Assembly (NCBI GenBank): GCA_024137785.1
Contig: JAHRHZ010000020.1
Location: 54,761,049 to 54,825,048 of the forward strand
Length of the DNA stretch: 64,000 nucleotides
From: Ginglymostoma cirratum
Taxonomy: Eukaryota
Direction of reading: 5' to 3'
This document shows, piece by piece, positions 50,664 to 63,449 of this stretch; position 1 is the first letter of the stretch, and every line of letters starts with the position of its first letter. The notes beneath the pieces were generated by a model. That model made no database searches and was not told where the DNA came from. It saw only the letters and a program-made list of their open reading frames with translations. The position numbers were made by a program, and so were the translations under genes.

Positions 50664-52437
50664 CTGCACAAAGAATGAAAAAAAAAAAATAAGGAGTTAT
50701 CACATTTTTGGGTTAAAGGCAGACAAAAAAAAATGTCAAACATAACAGGGGATTTCAAACTCCTGGAACTAGCCCAGAGGAAGACCACCATATTAATACT
50801 TATGGCAAAGATTGCTATTAGCTTGGAACCTTTAATAGAAAATTGCCAAGATGCTGCACATTGGCATAAGCTGAAGGGAGCACAGGGTTGAAAGAGATAG
50901 TGTGAAAGGGGTCAAAGGCTTCGTCAGAGATTTGGGCCTTATGTACGGTCTTAAAGGAGGAGGAGAGAGATGAAGAGACAGAAAGGTTGAAGGTGCAGTC
51001 ATCAAATGTTGGGGCAAAGTGCAGGGGAAAGCGCAAAGGGTAAAAATGCAGGATAATGGATGAAAGGGCAGGAGCAATGAGGTAATAGAGGATAGGAGAA
51101 CATGGACTATTCAAACAGAGACATTAGTGACCCAGGTTTTAAATGTCTGTTATCAGAATTAAAAACTGCTATTATCATGGAAGGACAATTGACAATTGTA
51201 TGGGTGCAGTTCATCCTTCGTAATACCACCTTCTGAATAAAAAGAGCTTGTTTGGGATAGATAGCTCTATGCAGAAGCATAAAGTTACAATGGTCTTTAA
51301 CAACTCGAATGGGGTGGATATAAATGTAGCCCTGGTTTCTACTCTGAATGACTCTCCTTTTCGAAATCGGAGTGTGGGGAGATTAGGCAACATTTCGGGC
51401 ATGGGTTGTAATAGAACCCTGCAGCTAAATAGCCTTCTAGCCTATTCAAGGCCCCAAATATAACTCAGCCCAAACGAACTTGCACAGAGTGAAAATCTCT
51501 TTCATTGTCTGACCTGATACAGAAACATTTGCCCGAGGTATCAGACAGCTCACAGCTGTGGATCATTCTGCACCTTCAAAAGTGAAGGAAGGGGAGAAAA
51601 TATTTATGCCGAGGATGGAACCTCAGTTGTTAAGTTCACAGGGAACATGGCTTCTGGGTCCAAACTCAACCTTAAATACAAAAACAAGCGACCACAATTT
51701 CAATGCAGAGATGGTCAGATGTAACAAATGGAGAGTACTGGAGAAACTCAGCAAGTCTGGGCAGTATCTGTGAACAGAGAAGCAGAATTAACATTTCAAG
51801 TCCATCATGAGTCTTCTTCAGGAGTTCTTCCAACATGGTATGTTTCAGATATCCAGAATCTGCAGTATTTTGCCTTTATTTGAAGGGTCTGATGTGAACA
51901 GGTTATGTAAAAGAGAACGACAACACCAGCAGTCAGACTTACTGAAGATACAGCTGATATCCATTGGGAGATTGCTGGACTGAGTCTCTGTTCTAACTTG
52001 GGGTACAAACGGTGACACGTAAAGGTTCTCGTTGAGAACACTTGGAGTTTGCAGGTGGTGGCTGACCATCAGCTGCTTTTAAGAAAGCTTCAAATCCTAC
52101 AAAACTACTAATCTCTTTAGAAAATCAAGTCAGTATTTGAATATCGTTGAAGAACAGCAAAAGGAGTTGTAATTCTACAGGATTTCACTCATTCATTTCA
52201 GCTGGACATTGACAGGGACTTGGATATAAAATGCCAGGTTCACTAATCTTCCACTCAAATTACTGTGGACCATTGGGAGAGTCGCATCCCAGCGGAAGTA
52301 ACTCAAACATCAAGTGTCACTGTTTTACTGCACTTCACCAAATTTGAACAATTATCACCCGATCTCACATCGCTGAGGTTCCCAGCAATTCGTGACCGAA
52401 TGATGTTTTATCACCTGGCATTGGTTGTGAGACTTAC

Positions 52438-52595
52438 TTCCAACTTCCATTGCGAAACATGGCCCCGACATGCCACGAGGATCCAAATATGTTGAAGGAT
52501 TTCGAAAAGCAATCGTTGTAGATGAATCCCGTGTAAATGGAAAATATACTCATCAACAGAATGAGGTAACGTCCACTGAAGAAGGTGTTCCAGAT
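52438..52595 (-). CDS. ATP6V0A4: V-ATPase subunit a4-like, coding exon (158 nt)
   Basis: cag|ATC...TGG AA|gtaag. Translates [52 protein letters not shown], including a luminal NGS glycosylation sequon. Confidence 0.97.
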
Positions 52596-53142
52596 CTGAA
52601 TTTGGAGCAACAAAAGCAGTTTTAGGCTTCTTTTTTAGTTGTATGTCATGGCTGTAGGGAGGGAATTAACTTTCTACCAATTATACCCTTCTACCTATCT
52701 AAAATTGTTGTGAATGAACAAAATTTAGAAGCTCAAAAGGAATAGAACAGATTACTTGATTATTTGCTGCCCTTGTCCTTCTAGATGGAAATGGTCATGG
52801 CTTTGGAAGGTACCCAGATCAGAGGATCTTGATTGAATTTTTGCAGTGCATCTTGTAGATAGTGGCAGCAGTGTGTACCGAACGTTGACGGCAGAGGGAG
52901 TGAATGTGGTGCCAGTCAAGTGGGCTGCTTTGCCCTAAACGGTGTCACATTTGAGTGTTGTTGGAGCTGCATCCATCCAGGCAAGCAGGGAGTATGCCAT
53001 CACACTCCTGACTTGTCCCGTGTAGATAGTGGTCAGGCTTTCAGGAGGGAGGGAGGAGAGTTACTCACAGCAGTATTCCAAACCTCTGACCTGCTTACAC
53101 AGCCATTGTATTTGTATGGCTAGTGCAATTCATACACAGGAC

Positions 53143-53471
53143 ATAGAATCCCTACAGTGTGGAAACAGGCTATTCGGCCCAACAGGTCCACGCCGGCCCT
53201 CCAAAGAGCATCCCCACCCACACCCATACCTCTAACCTTTCCCTGTAACCCTGCATTTCCCATGTCTAATCCACCTAATCCCTGGACAATACAGGGACAA
53301 TTTAGCATGACCAATCCACCTAAGCCACACATCTTTGGACTGTGGGAGGAAACCCATGCTGACATGGTGAGAATGTCTGCGTACAGTCTGCACAGTCACC
53401 CGAGGTTGGAATCGAGCCCAGTCCCTGGCACTGTGAGGCAGCAGTGCTAACCACTGAGCCACTGTGCCACC
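53143..53471 (-). mobile_element. HE1-type SINE
   Basis: ggtggcacagtggctcagtggttagcactgctgcctcacagtgccagggactgggctcgattcc head and a gggattctatg tail. It ends about 50 nt from an exon donor. Confidence 0.9.
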
Positions 53472-53524
53472 AGTTATGCTGCTCCTAAAAGTGCATGCCA
53501 AACCCGTCAAAAGGTTTCACCCAC

Positions 53525-53664
53525 CTCATTGCCGCCTTTCTGGGCAGCAAATTTTTTCTCATTGATGATCATGATAAGTGCAAAGCCCAGCAGAACTGCT
53601 CCATGTCCACAATCACCAAACATGACAGCAAACAGAAAAGGAAAGGTGATGGTTGTATACGGAG
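53525..53664 (-). CDS. ATP6V0A4: V-ATPase subunit a4-like, coding exon (140 nt, TM1-2)
   Basis: cag|CT CCG...GAG|gtggg. Translates [47 protein letters not shown]; the GDCGHG variant is a4-like. Confidence 0.97.
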
Positions 53665-53985
53665 CTGGAGAAACAAAGCAGGACATCTCTCAAACTATTG
53701 CCCACCATGGGATAGTATTAGGAGAACATTGGCAAATTTAGAATGATACAATATATTTAAAATATTGAAAAAAGCAACAATCAAGTTTATTATTGCTGAA
53801 GGCTTTCAACGTTGAAACGTAAGTGATGAATAGATACAGAATCAAAACCTAAATCTTATCATCATCCACCAGTACGGAAAAAAGAAATAGAAACGAGGAA
53901 AATGAATATTCTGTGGTACAATTGAGCCCTGTCACTCTGTTAGCATCGATACGTAATGACCAAAGACATTTCTGACATGCATCAT

Positions 53986-55474
53986 CTTCCGTACCTACAC
54001 TGGCCCAAAACCCCACCTCTTCCTCCGTTACATTGATGACTGCATCGGCGCCGCCTCGTGCTCCCACGAGGAGCTCGAACAGTTCATCCACTTCACCAAC
54101 ACCTTCCACCCCAACTTTAAGTTCACCTGGACCATCTCTAACACCTCTCTCTCCTTCCTGGACCTCTATTTCTATCTCTGGTAACCACCTGGAAACCGAT
54201 ATCCATTTCAAGCCCACCGACTCCCACAGCTACCTAGATATCACCACCTCCCATCCACCTTCCTGCAAAAATGCCATCCCCTATTCCCAATTCCTTCGCC
54301 TCCACCACATCTGCTCCCAGGATGAGGCATCCTACTCCCGAACATCTCAGATGTCCTCGTTTTTCAAGGACCGCAACTTCCCCCACTCGGTGGTCGAGAA
54401 CGCCCTCAACCGCGTCTCCTGCATTTCCTGCAACTCATCCCTCACACACCCTCCCCGCAATAACAACCAAAATAGAATCCCCCTCGTCCTCATGTACCAT
54501 CCCACCAACCTCCAGATCCAACGCATCATCCTCCGACACTTCCGCCATCTGCAATCCGACCCCACCACCAAAGACATTTTTCCCTCCCCACCCTTATCGG
54601 AGAGAGAGGGACCACTCTCTCCGTGACTCCCTTGTCCGCTCCACACTCCCCTCCAGCCCCACCACACCCGGCACTTTTCCTTGCAACCGCAGGAAGTGCT
54701 ACACCTGCCCTTCACCTCCCCCCTCACCCCCATCCCAGGCCCCAAGAAGACTTTCCACATCGAGCAGATGTTCACCTGCACATCTGCTAATGTGGTATAC
54801 TGCATCCGCTGTACCCGTTGTGGCCTCCTCTAAATTGGGGAAACTGAGCGGAGGCTTGGGGACCACTTTGCGGAACACCTATGCTCGGTTTGCACTAAAC
54901 AATTGCACCTCCCAGTTGCAAACCATTTCAACTCCCCCTCCCATTCCTCAGAATGACATGTCCATCCTAGGCCTCCTGCAGTGCCACCCGAAGGTTGCAG
55001 GAACAGCACCTCATATTCCGCTTGGGAACCCTGCAGCCCAACGGTATCAATGTGGACTTCACAAGCTTCAAAATCTCCTGTCCCCCAACTGCATCCCAAA
55101 ACCAGCCCAGCTTGTCCCCGCCTCCCTAACCTGTCCTTCCTCCCACCTCAAGCCCCACCCCCATCTCCTACCTACTAGCCTCATCCTGCCCCCTTGACCT
55201 GTCCGTCCTCCCTGGACTGACCTATCCCCTCCCTAACTCCCCACCAACACTCACCTTTACTGGCTCCATCCCCACCTCTTCGACCTGTCTGCCTCCTCTC
55301 CACCTATCCTCTCCTCTATCCATCTTCTATCCGCCTCCCCCTCTCTCCCTATTTATTTCAGAACCCGCTTCCCCTCCCCCATTTCTGAAGGGTCTAGGCC
55401 TGAAACATCAGCCTTCCTGCTCCTCTGATGCTGCTTGGCCTGCTGTGTGCATCCAGTTCTACGCCTTGTTATCC
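53986..55474 (+). mobile_element. 5'-truncated Neptune-type Penelope-like retroelement with a 10-bp TSD, antisense within an ATP6V0A4 intron
   Basis: RT motif FLRYIDDC, thumb KPTDSHSYLD..SHP..CKNAIPYSQFLRL, Cys linker PCNRRKCYTCP, and GIY-YIG NVVYCIRCTRCGLL*IGETERRL. TSD catgcatcat at 53976-53985 and 55475-55484. Frameshifted. Confidence 0.92.
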
Positions 55475-55634
55475 CATGCATCATATGTTCGGTTTCAAGG
55501 CATTCAGAATTGGGTCGATATCTGTTATTTAGTACAGGCAGCTCACACTTGCCTAAAAAATAGTAAGCCAATTTTGCTCACGTTACTGCTTACTGTTCAG
55601 GGTACACAAAACAAAAATGTTAAAGTTTAGTTAC

Positions 55635-55785
55635 CAGGGTTCATTTCTCTGTATGTCCCAACCCCATACGCATCCACAATATTCTGAAAGCCAGCTGTGA
55701 ATTTATTGGTCCTATTGAAGGTGGGTGGAGCCATTTGGGTCTGCACTACAGTCATGATGGGGTCAACACTGGAACCACTGCGTTC
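55635..55785 (-). CDS. ATP6V0A4: V-ATPase subunit a4-like, coding exon (151 nt)
   Basis: cag|GAA...CCT G|gtaac. Translates [50 protein letters not shown], containing the hallmark [16 protein letters not shown] motifs. Confidence 0.97.
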
Positions 55786-56239
55786 CTGAAAAATAAGAAA
55801 ACAGTACGTTTCATTCATCAGTCAATAAGAGTAAAGATTTCATTGCCACCAAGCGCAGTGACAGTGTGCTAGCGGGTGCAATGACAGTTTTGAAAATGCA
55901 TAGAAGAATAAGCATTTATATTTCTAATTGACTGACTGTGTATGATAACCAATTATTGCATCTTCATAAGGTTTCCTTCGATAATAAATATATAATTATT
56001 GGTTTATTAAGAAAGTCTGTTGAAAGCTCTTGATGCTTCGAACCTGATAATACGTAAAGGATTTAAATGGTCACGCTGATAGCTGGAAGCAGTATTGTTG
56101 TTTTATGTTGTGACTGGAGGAGTAGTGGGACTAGGGAAACAGTGCATTTCTCCAGACTTTGTCCTAACATTAAGAAATTGTTCACATTTCTCCAAAATTA
56201 AAATTTCAACACCTCACTGCCACTCCACCAGTCTGTCCT

Positions 56240-56555
56240 CTTGAAGGCCTCCCCACCCTGGTTATACTCTCTCTCACTGGGCAGAAGACAGAGAAGATAT
56301 AAAAGTTTGTATACACATACAGAGTCAGGAACAGTTTCTTCCCCACCGTTATTAGACTTCTGAACAGACATCTCATATTTTAAACATCATATTGATCTTG
56401 TTGTCTGTGCACCTTCCTCTGCAACTGTAACATTGAATTCCTCACTCTGTTCGATTACCCTAATGCACTTTGTATGGTATGACCTGCTTGTCCTGCACGC
56501 AAGACAAAACTTTTCATTGTACCTAGGCACATGATAATAATCACATCAAATCAAA
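56240..56555 (+). mobile_element. Rex/Babar-like LINE 3' fragment (older copy)
   Basis: gggcagaaga..., ggaacagtttcttccccaccgttattagacttctgaa and an atcaaatcaa tail. Similar to 58920-59400. Confidence 0.55.
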
Positions 56556-58919
56556 ACCTTTGTTTTTGTGCCATCTGTCAATTTTGGAATTGGCTTGAAT
56601 ATGAAGTACAGAGCACAATCATAATGCAAAGAAAGTGGGGGCCCTTATACCAATGTTTGGGGACTCCCACTACATAACCCCTTTCAGTATGGAAAAACAA
56701 ACATTTATCAATACTCCCTGTTTCACTCAAAATTGTCTCAACATCCTGTTCAGAGATGGTATCACAAATCTCTGGAATAGGTGGGACATGAACTAGAGTC
56801 TCCTGGCACCACAAGACCTCTCTGGAAAAACAAGTTGCCTCCATTGACTCTTTGTCTCCTTGGGTTATAACTTTGCTGGACAGCTTTGTGTTACTCTATC
56901 AAGTGGCTTTTTTTGGAGAGGTTATGGACACCACAACAACTGCATTAATTCACCATCTGTCATGGTTGCCTTTTTAAAAAGCTCAATTAAGTTTTTTCCA
57001 AATACAATTCCAATAACTAATCCAGTTCTGACTTTCTTAATGAAACACCAGTTGTAAAACAATCATCACCTTTAGATTTTCATATCTAAATGCTTTCCCA
57101 GTGGAGAAGCTCAGCTTACAGACCTGCACTTGCCGAATTTGTCTTTACGCACCTTTGAGAAAAAAAAAGTATGAACTTTGGAATTCTGCAATCCTCCGGC
57201 ATTATTTTTGTATTAACAATGTGAGGTGGCAGCATATTTGAGAGTATGACTTCCACAATTTCATCCCTTATTACCCTCACCATCTTCAGGCGGTGACTTT
57301 CCAACTTTAAACTACAGCCAGGTGTTCTGAGACCACTGTCATTTCTGGCTTCCCAATATCTGCCTCCTCATTCAGTATAAATCCAGTAGTACCTTCAATC
57401 TTGGTAAAATCAAATGCATGGTATTCATTTAGTAACCCAACCATGCCTGCTGCCTCAATGCATTCGATCAAGTCTGCATTTGAACCCTAATTGACTTTTT
57501 TTACCACTTCTATGCATCTAGAAGACTTTTGGATTTCCTTTTAGGATGGCTCTTAGTCTATTCTCATACACTTCCTTTGTTTCGTTCATCATTTCACTTT
57601 TTTAAACTGCTCTCAGACTGGTTTTCATATGCACTACCAATCTGACATCTCTCCTTTTTCTACTTCAGCTTGTTTTCTCCCTCTTCCATCATACGGTTAG
57701 TGTTTTCCTTGCAGGTGGGATTTGAAACAGGACCGCCTGGCCAGGATTTGGGAAACGACAAAGTAACCAAAAAAAAATTCCAAAAAATATTGTATTAATC
57801 CTTCCATTGACTCTGTACCTCCATGGGCTTTGGCTTTGCTCTTTATGGAATGTACCTCAACTGCATCCAGATCATCTACTCTTTAAAGGTTAGCCCTTGC
57901 TCTGTTACAGTCTCATTGGATCCTTCATTCTAAATTTACCTTGGACAGGTTCATTCCCGCCTCACTGAAATTTGTTACCCCCAATTCAGTATTTTAAAAA
58001 AAACTGAAATTTGCCCTTGACTTTCTCTGCAGCCAATGCAAACCTTACGACACTAACAGCACTGCTTGCTACATGTTCCCATACTGACACATGAACTAAT
58101 TCATCAGTCTCACTTCCCAGAACCAGACCCTCAGAATCAGAAACATAGTGGCCAAGAAAATTCCACTGAATACTCCTGGAAACGATTTGCTGTCTCTTCC
58201 ATTTTCGCTATCATATTTAAATATATGAAAGTATAAATTTAAATATAATTAAAATATTTCATGCACTTCTCTAACTTCCCTTCAAACTTGCATCGCATAT
58301 CTTTCCTATAGCAGCTGTCAGGTGGAGTGCACTCAGTAGTGCAGTGACACGTAAATTAATAAATACATTCTGTGCTTGGCCCACTTAGTATAATAATCTC
58401 CCAAATTAATACCACCACCCCCTCCCCACTTCTTCCTTTCCTATCTCTACTGAACATGTACCCAGGAATATTTAGTACACCAGGTCCGTTTTTTTTGAGC
58501 CAAGTCTCCACTAACACAACATCGCATTCTTGCGTGCTTAATTACATCTGCAACTCACCAGGTTTATTGACCATGTCTCATACTGCTACAAGCAATGCAA
58601 TGTAAACCTCCCACTGATCGCCTTGAATTGCTGTTGAGTCTGACCTGGTGTAATGTCTTCCTATTTCTCACTTGTCTATGTTTCTATGGTGAATTTCCTC
58701 TGTACAGGATGATCTCAATACAGGAACAAGACTGCGTTTAATTCATTCGAGCAGGAAGCCAGATGGTGAGCTGCTAATTTTGTGCAGCTGACAGAAACGT
58801 AACAACTGGAGTTTCACTTTGAATGCCACGTCTGCTCTCACCTGGAATTACTACCATAAAAGTGGAAAAAAGAAGTAAGCCCTCTTTTACAACAAAATCC
58901 AACCCAACTCTCTTCATTC

Positions 58920-59400
58920 TATCTGGATGCATCACCGCAACTGTTCCATCCAGGAACATAAGAAACTGCAGCAAGTTATAAACATAGTCCAGTCCATCAC
59001 TCAAGCCAACCTTCCATCCATTGACTCCATCTACACTTCTGGATGCCTCAAAAAAACAAAAAAAAGGCAGCCAAAGACCTTTCCCATCCTGGTTATAATT
59101 GTTTCCAACCTCTTCCGTCAGGCAGAAGATACAAAAGCTTAGACACACATTCCAACAGATTTAAGAACAGCTTCTTTCCAATTGTCATTATACATGTGAA
59201 TGCACCTCTCAAATTTCAAACCTAGTGTTGATTTTGCTTTTTGCGCACCTTCTTTACAGCCGTAACTTTTAATCCTCACTCTGTTCAACCACCCTGTGAT
59301 CTTTGTCCGTGACGATCTGCTTGTACTGCATGCAAAATGAGACTTTTCACGAAATCTAGGTACATGTGGCAATAATAAATCAAATCAAAGCAAATCAAAA
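58920..59400 (+). mobile_element. Rex/Babar-like LINE 3' fragment
   Basis: HKKLQQVINIVQSIT..LPSIDSIY and PLPSGRRYKSL...RFKNSFFP, with an (aaatc)n tail. Confidence 0.7.
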
Positions 59401-59691
59401 CCTGCAGCACAATGCTTTTATGACACAACAGCTTTCTTGTTAATTCATGTTCCTCCATCGAATATCCTGCAAGTATATTGTGACCATCAGGATAAAAAAA
59501 AAAAGAGTGAATTTCTGCTAGCTCTAGGGACATTTGAGTGAAGTGAAAACAACTGGCACGTGTAGCTTCCACAAGCAACAGGTTTATTTGACTAGCAACT
59601 GGGTTAATCCTATTTCCAAGGAACTTGCTCTGGAAATCCCTTCCTAACAGCTTCCAGACACTATGAACATTATTCACAGTTCGCTGCTCAC

Positions 59692-59904
59692 CTTGCCTTG
59701 ATTGAGTGCCATCTTGATTCTATCCATATCAGCAACTGGACACCAAGTTTCTGCAATCAGGCATTGTTGGGTCACATCAATGTTGCACAGGTTCAGCGTG
59801 TGATAGATCGCCTTCATTTTCACAACCTTCACTTGCCAGGTTCGTAGGCTTTTCGCTGCTTCTTGTAGTACACGGCGCCGATGGCTTTCAGTCTGGTTAA
59901 GTAC
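59692..59904 (-). CDS. ATP6V0A4: V-ATPase V0 subunit a4-like, coding exon (first visible, 213 nt)
   Basis: tttcag|GTA...AAG|gtgag. Translates [71 protein letters not shown], which matches the a-subunit N-terminal domain ([18 protein letters not shown]) as recalled for vertebrate a4. Confidence 0.95.
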
Positions 59905-60154
59905 CTGAAAAGTTAATGAAGTGAATTCTCAGAAGCGCTCAGAAAATGCAACCAGTTTGTGTTTTAAATGAATAAAACAAGCTCATTTTCAAAAGGAACA
60001 AACAACGATGGATGATCTCATACCTTTTTAATCATCGCATTTTCAGATCTATTTATAAAAGAATATCGTGATGGGGAAAGAATACAACTATTTTAATAAA
60101 CTGACTCTAAAATAACTAATCAATTGAATAGAAACAATTACAGGAGAAGCAGTG

Positions 60155-60315
60155 AACATAGAACATAGAACAATACAGCGCAGAACAGGCCCTTCGGCCC
60201 TCGATGTTGCGCCGCCCTGTGAACTAATCTAAGCCCATCCCCCTACACTATCCCATCATCATCCATATGCTTATCCAAGGACTGTTTAAATGCTGCTAAT
60301 GTGGCTGAGTTAACT
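60155..60315 (-). mobile_element. Short young CR1 3' end
   Basis: Nearly identical to 21080-21240, with an (aacatag)n tail. Confidence 0.85.
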
Positions 60316-60559
60316 GTGTTCAGTGGCCTGAACACAGGCCAACAATATTAAAATGCTATCAATAATCTACAATTAGCATTCTAAAGTTCTAATGCAAAGG
60401 GAAACCAAATAAGCCCTATCAAGATAAGGTCTATATTTGTGGAAAAAAAGCCAATTGAGTCCAACCTGATTTCCACTGAGGCTGGGGTAGCACATACGCT
60501 TAATGCCTCAACTTTTGGCATCAATACTTGTTACAGGTCACCTTTCACAGAGAAAGAGA

Positions 60560-61467
60560 TAGCACAGAAACAGACCCTTCAGTCCAACTCATCCATCCCA
60601 ACTACATACCCCATACAATTCTAGCCAGCATTTGGCTCATATCCCTCTAAACCCTTCCTATTCACATACCCATCCAGGTGCCTTTTAAAATGTTGTAATT
60701 GTACCCACCTCCAACACTCCTCTGCCAGCTCATTCCATACACACACCACCCTCTGCATGACAAAGTTGACCCTCAGGTCCTTTTTTTAAAATCTTTCCCC
60801 TCTTACCTTAAACCTAAGCCCTCTAGCCATTCCCTAGCCTGGGGAAAAGACCTTGCCTATTAACCCTATCCATGCTCCTCATGATTTTCTAAACCTCTAC
60901 AAGGTCACCCCTCAACCTCCGACACTCCAGGGAAAATAGCCCCAGACTATTCAGCCTCTCCCTACAGCTCAAACCGTCCAACCCTGGCCACATCCTCATT
61001 TTTTCTGAACCCTTTTCTAGTTTCACAGCATCCTTACTATAGCAGGGAGACCAGAATTGCACACAATACTTCAGAAGTGCCCTAATCAATGCCCTGTAAA
61101 GCCGCAACATGGTTTCTCAACTCCTATACTCAATGCACTGACCAATAAAAGCAAGCTTACCAAACGCCTTCTTCACTATTGTATCTATCTGTGACTCCAC
61201 TTTCACTGAACTATGAACCCGCACTCCAAGGTCTTTTTGCTCAACAACACTCCCCAGGACCTTGCCATTAAGTGTATAAGTCCTCCCTTGACTTGTCTTT
61301 CCAAAATGCAGCACCTCACATTTAAACTCCATCTGCCCCTCCTCGGTCCATTGACCCATCTGATCAAGATCTTGTTGTACTCGGAGGTAACCTTCTTCAC
61401 TATCCACTACACCTCCAATTTTGGTGTCACCTGCAAACTTACTAATCATACCTCCAATGTCTTTCAA
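60560..61467 (-). mobile_element. CR1 (HER1-type) ORF2 3' fragment
   Basis: SKFAGDTKIGG, LYRALIRALLKYCVQFWSP and LRGDLVEV. Confidence 0.9.
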
Positions 61468-62189
61468 GAGACTAGTTCACTTTTTAAAATAGCTGGATTT
61501 GCAGAGCGTCTAAAGATGTCCTTTGCTCCATTTTAACTATTTGCATAGATTCAGAGGTGTACAAATCACTTCATACTTTACAATCAGCTTTGTTGACTAC
61601 ACTTGGCTGACATTTCACAACTAATGCTCAATGATTTGAGACAGTGTGTCAGTGTTTGCTAATAAAAGCTGGATCGCTCTCTCCAAGAATTTCACAGGCA
61701 ATGCTCCAGAATAAGATTTTGTTTCTGCTATTACAACATGCCCTGACCAGAACTACAGATTCTGCATTGGAGGTCTCCTGCCATCGATCCACAGTTACAT
61801 TAGCCATTGGACAGCGCTGTTACGGAGCAGAAGGGAGTAAGTGTCTGAAATGGATGGAACTGAAAGGAAGGGTAGAATAGTTAGTAATGAATGTATCTGG
61901 TTATAGGAGAGGAAATATGATGCGCAAATAGGGCTGGATAGCGATGAAGGAGAATGGAAAGGCTGGTTGAAGCAAACAGCAATGTTGGCGAAAGGGCAAA
62001 GGCACAATCACTGTTAATTTCCACATTATATGGATCCAGGAATCAAAGTATGGTCCCATTTTGCCAGCATTGCTTCACCAAGCCTGCCTTGGATGCCACT
62101 TTAAGTTTTGCTGTAGCCTCCAGTGACAGTGGTCTTAAAATCAGTTGCAGGTTTCTGTTGAAGTGGGGATACATTTTCCACCAAGGCGC

Positions 62190-62195
62190 AGAGAG

Positions 62196-62265
<70 letters not shown>
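62190..62265 (+). repeat. Compound (GA)n(CA)n microsatellite
   Basis: Directly visible in the sequence. Confidence 0.98.
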
Positions 62266-62268
<3 letters not shown>

Positions 62269-63449
62269 TCGGCAGTACTATTGCTATCTCCAGCACTTGG
62301 GTGTGAGAGTCCATCTACAATGGCCCAAAATCTGTATGAGCACATGCAGGGAACATTAGCAGCTCATATACCTTCTGGTTGTTAATACAGATACATTTGA
62401 AACCTACAAGGTGCACAAAAGGGCCACTAGTAGGGGCACCTTTTACTTTAACATAGTATTCAGATCCAAGTTGCAATGCTGTCATTTCACTTTTGGATGG
62501 ATACTAAACTAGTCATCAGTCACAATGAAACAGGAAGCTATTAGAAAACATGGTCATATTCGGGGTTTACCTTGGAGATATCTGCCAGCTCAAAGATCTG
62601 AGAGGATGGAATCTCCATGAAAATTTCTCTTAGAAACAGAATAGGACCATACGTGAAGTTGGCAAGAATTATACTCAATGTTTTCACCAATGGTATCATT
62701 AAAATAAGCTTCAGCCCATTAGTTTTGCACCTTTCTAAAATGTGTTACATATAGCAGGTGTTATTGTTATATTGAAAGGCATGCATTGGGATCTTGTACA
62801 TTAATGGCTTCAGAAATAGAATTTTCTCAACACTAAAGTGCTGCAAAGTTTTAGTTTGTTACACTTTTGGCTCCATTAAACTTATTTAGGGGTGGGTGGG
62901 GGCTGTGGGCATAAAGGAATGACACAGAAACCTACGAATGAGATTTTCACAAGCGATCTTTTGATAACAAAAATCCGCAAAACACAAAATGCTTTCTTTC
63001 CCCTTGATAATACGATACTGAGCACAGCTGCAGTTCAGCTAAAAGATCCTGTCTAAATGCACTGCCACATTGCTGCTTTTCATAGGCCATAAGTTAGACC
63101 CTTCACAGACAAACCTACAATTACAGAACAGAACTCCCCCAAATACTAAAATTCCTCAAATGTGTTGTAAAAGGTTACTTGGGAACAGCCCCTTGCTTTT
63201 GGTGGCATAGTCTTGCATTTTTTCTGAAACATTCTTTAAGAGGGGTGCATGGTGGTGGGGAGTAGGTTATAAGCTATGCTGAAATTGTTAGTGCTATTTT
63301 CTGGGTTTTGAAGATTATTGTGTCCAAACAGTTAATGTCCTAGATTTGCAAGAACACCAGTCCCCATACTTAAGCAATGAGTTTGACTCATCAGTTTAGG
63401 GTTTGTGGTCTTAAGCAGCACTTCCACATGTAACTTAAATTCAACTCAT

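Noticed and set aside
54033-55197. ORFs of 197 and 308 aa rich in Pro, Ser and Thr as a possible novel gene
   Set aside because: They are frameshifted and alternate-frame readings of the Penelope RT/GIY-YIG fragment bounded by a TSD.
37541-59904. Assignment to paralogues ATP6V0A1, ATP6V0A2 or TCIRG1
   Set aside because: [28 protein letters not shown] and the ..FKSILDG.. ending fit a4 better from recalled sequences. A phylogeny would be needed to confirm this.
61954-62385. 143-aa ORF with ER/HT repeats
   Set aside because: It is a translation of the (GA)n(CA)n microsatellite.
62565-62670. Minus-strand donor-like CAAG|gtaaac as a candidate upstream ATP6V0A4 exon
   Set aside because: The translation I checked has a stop and shows no resemblance to the expected FRATxYPCP exon. 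The upstream exons probably lie beyond the window.
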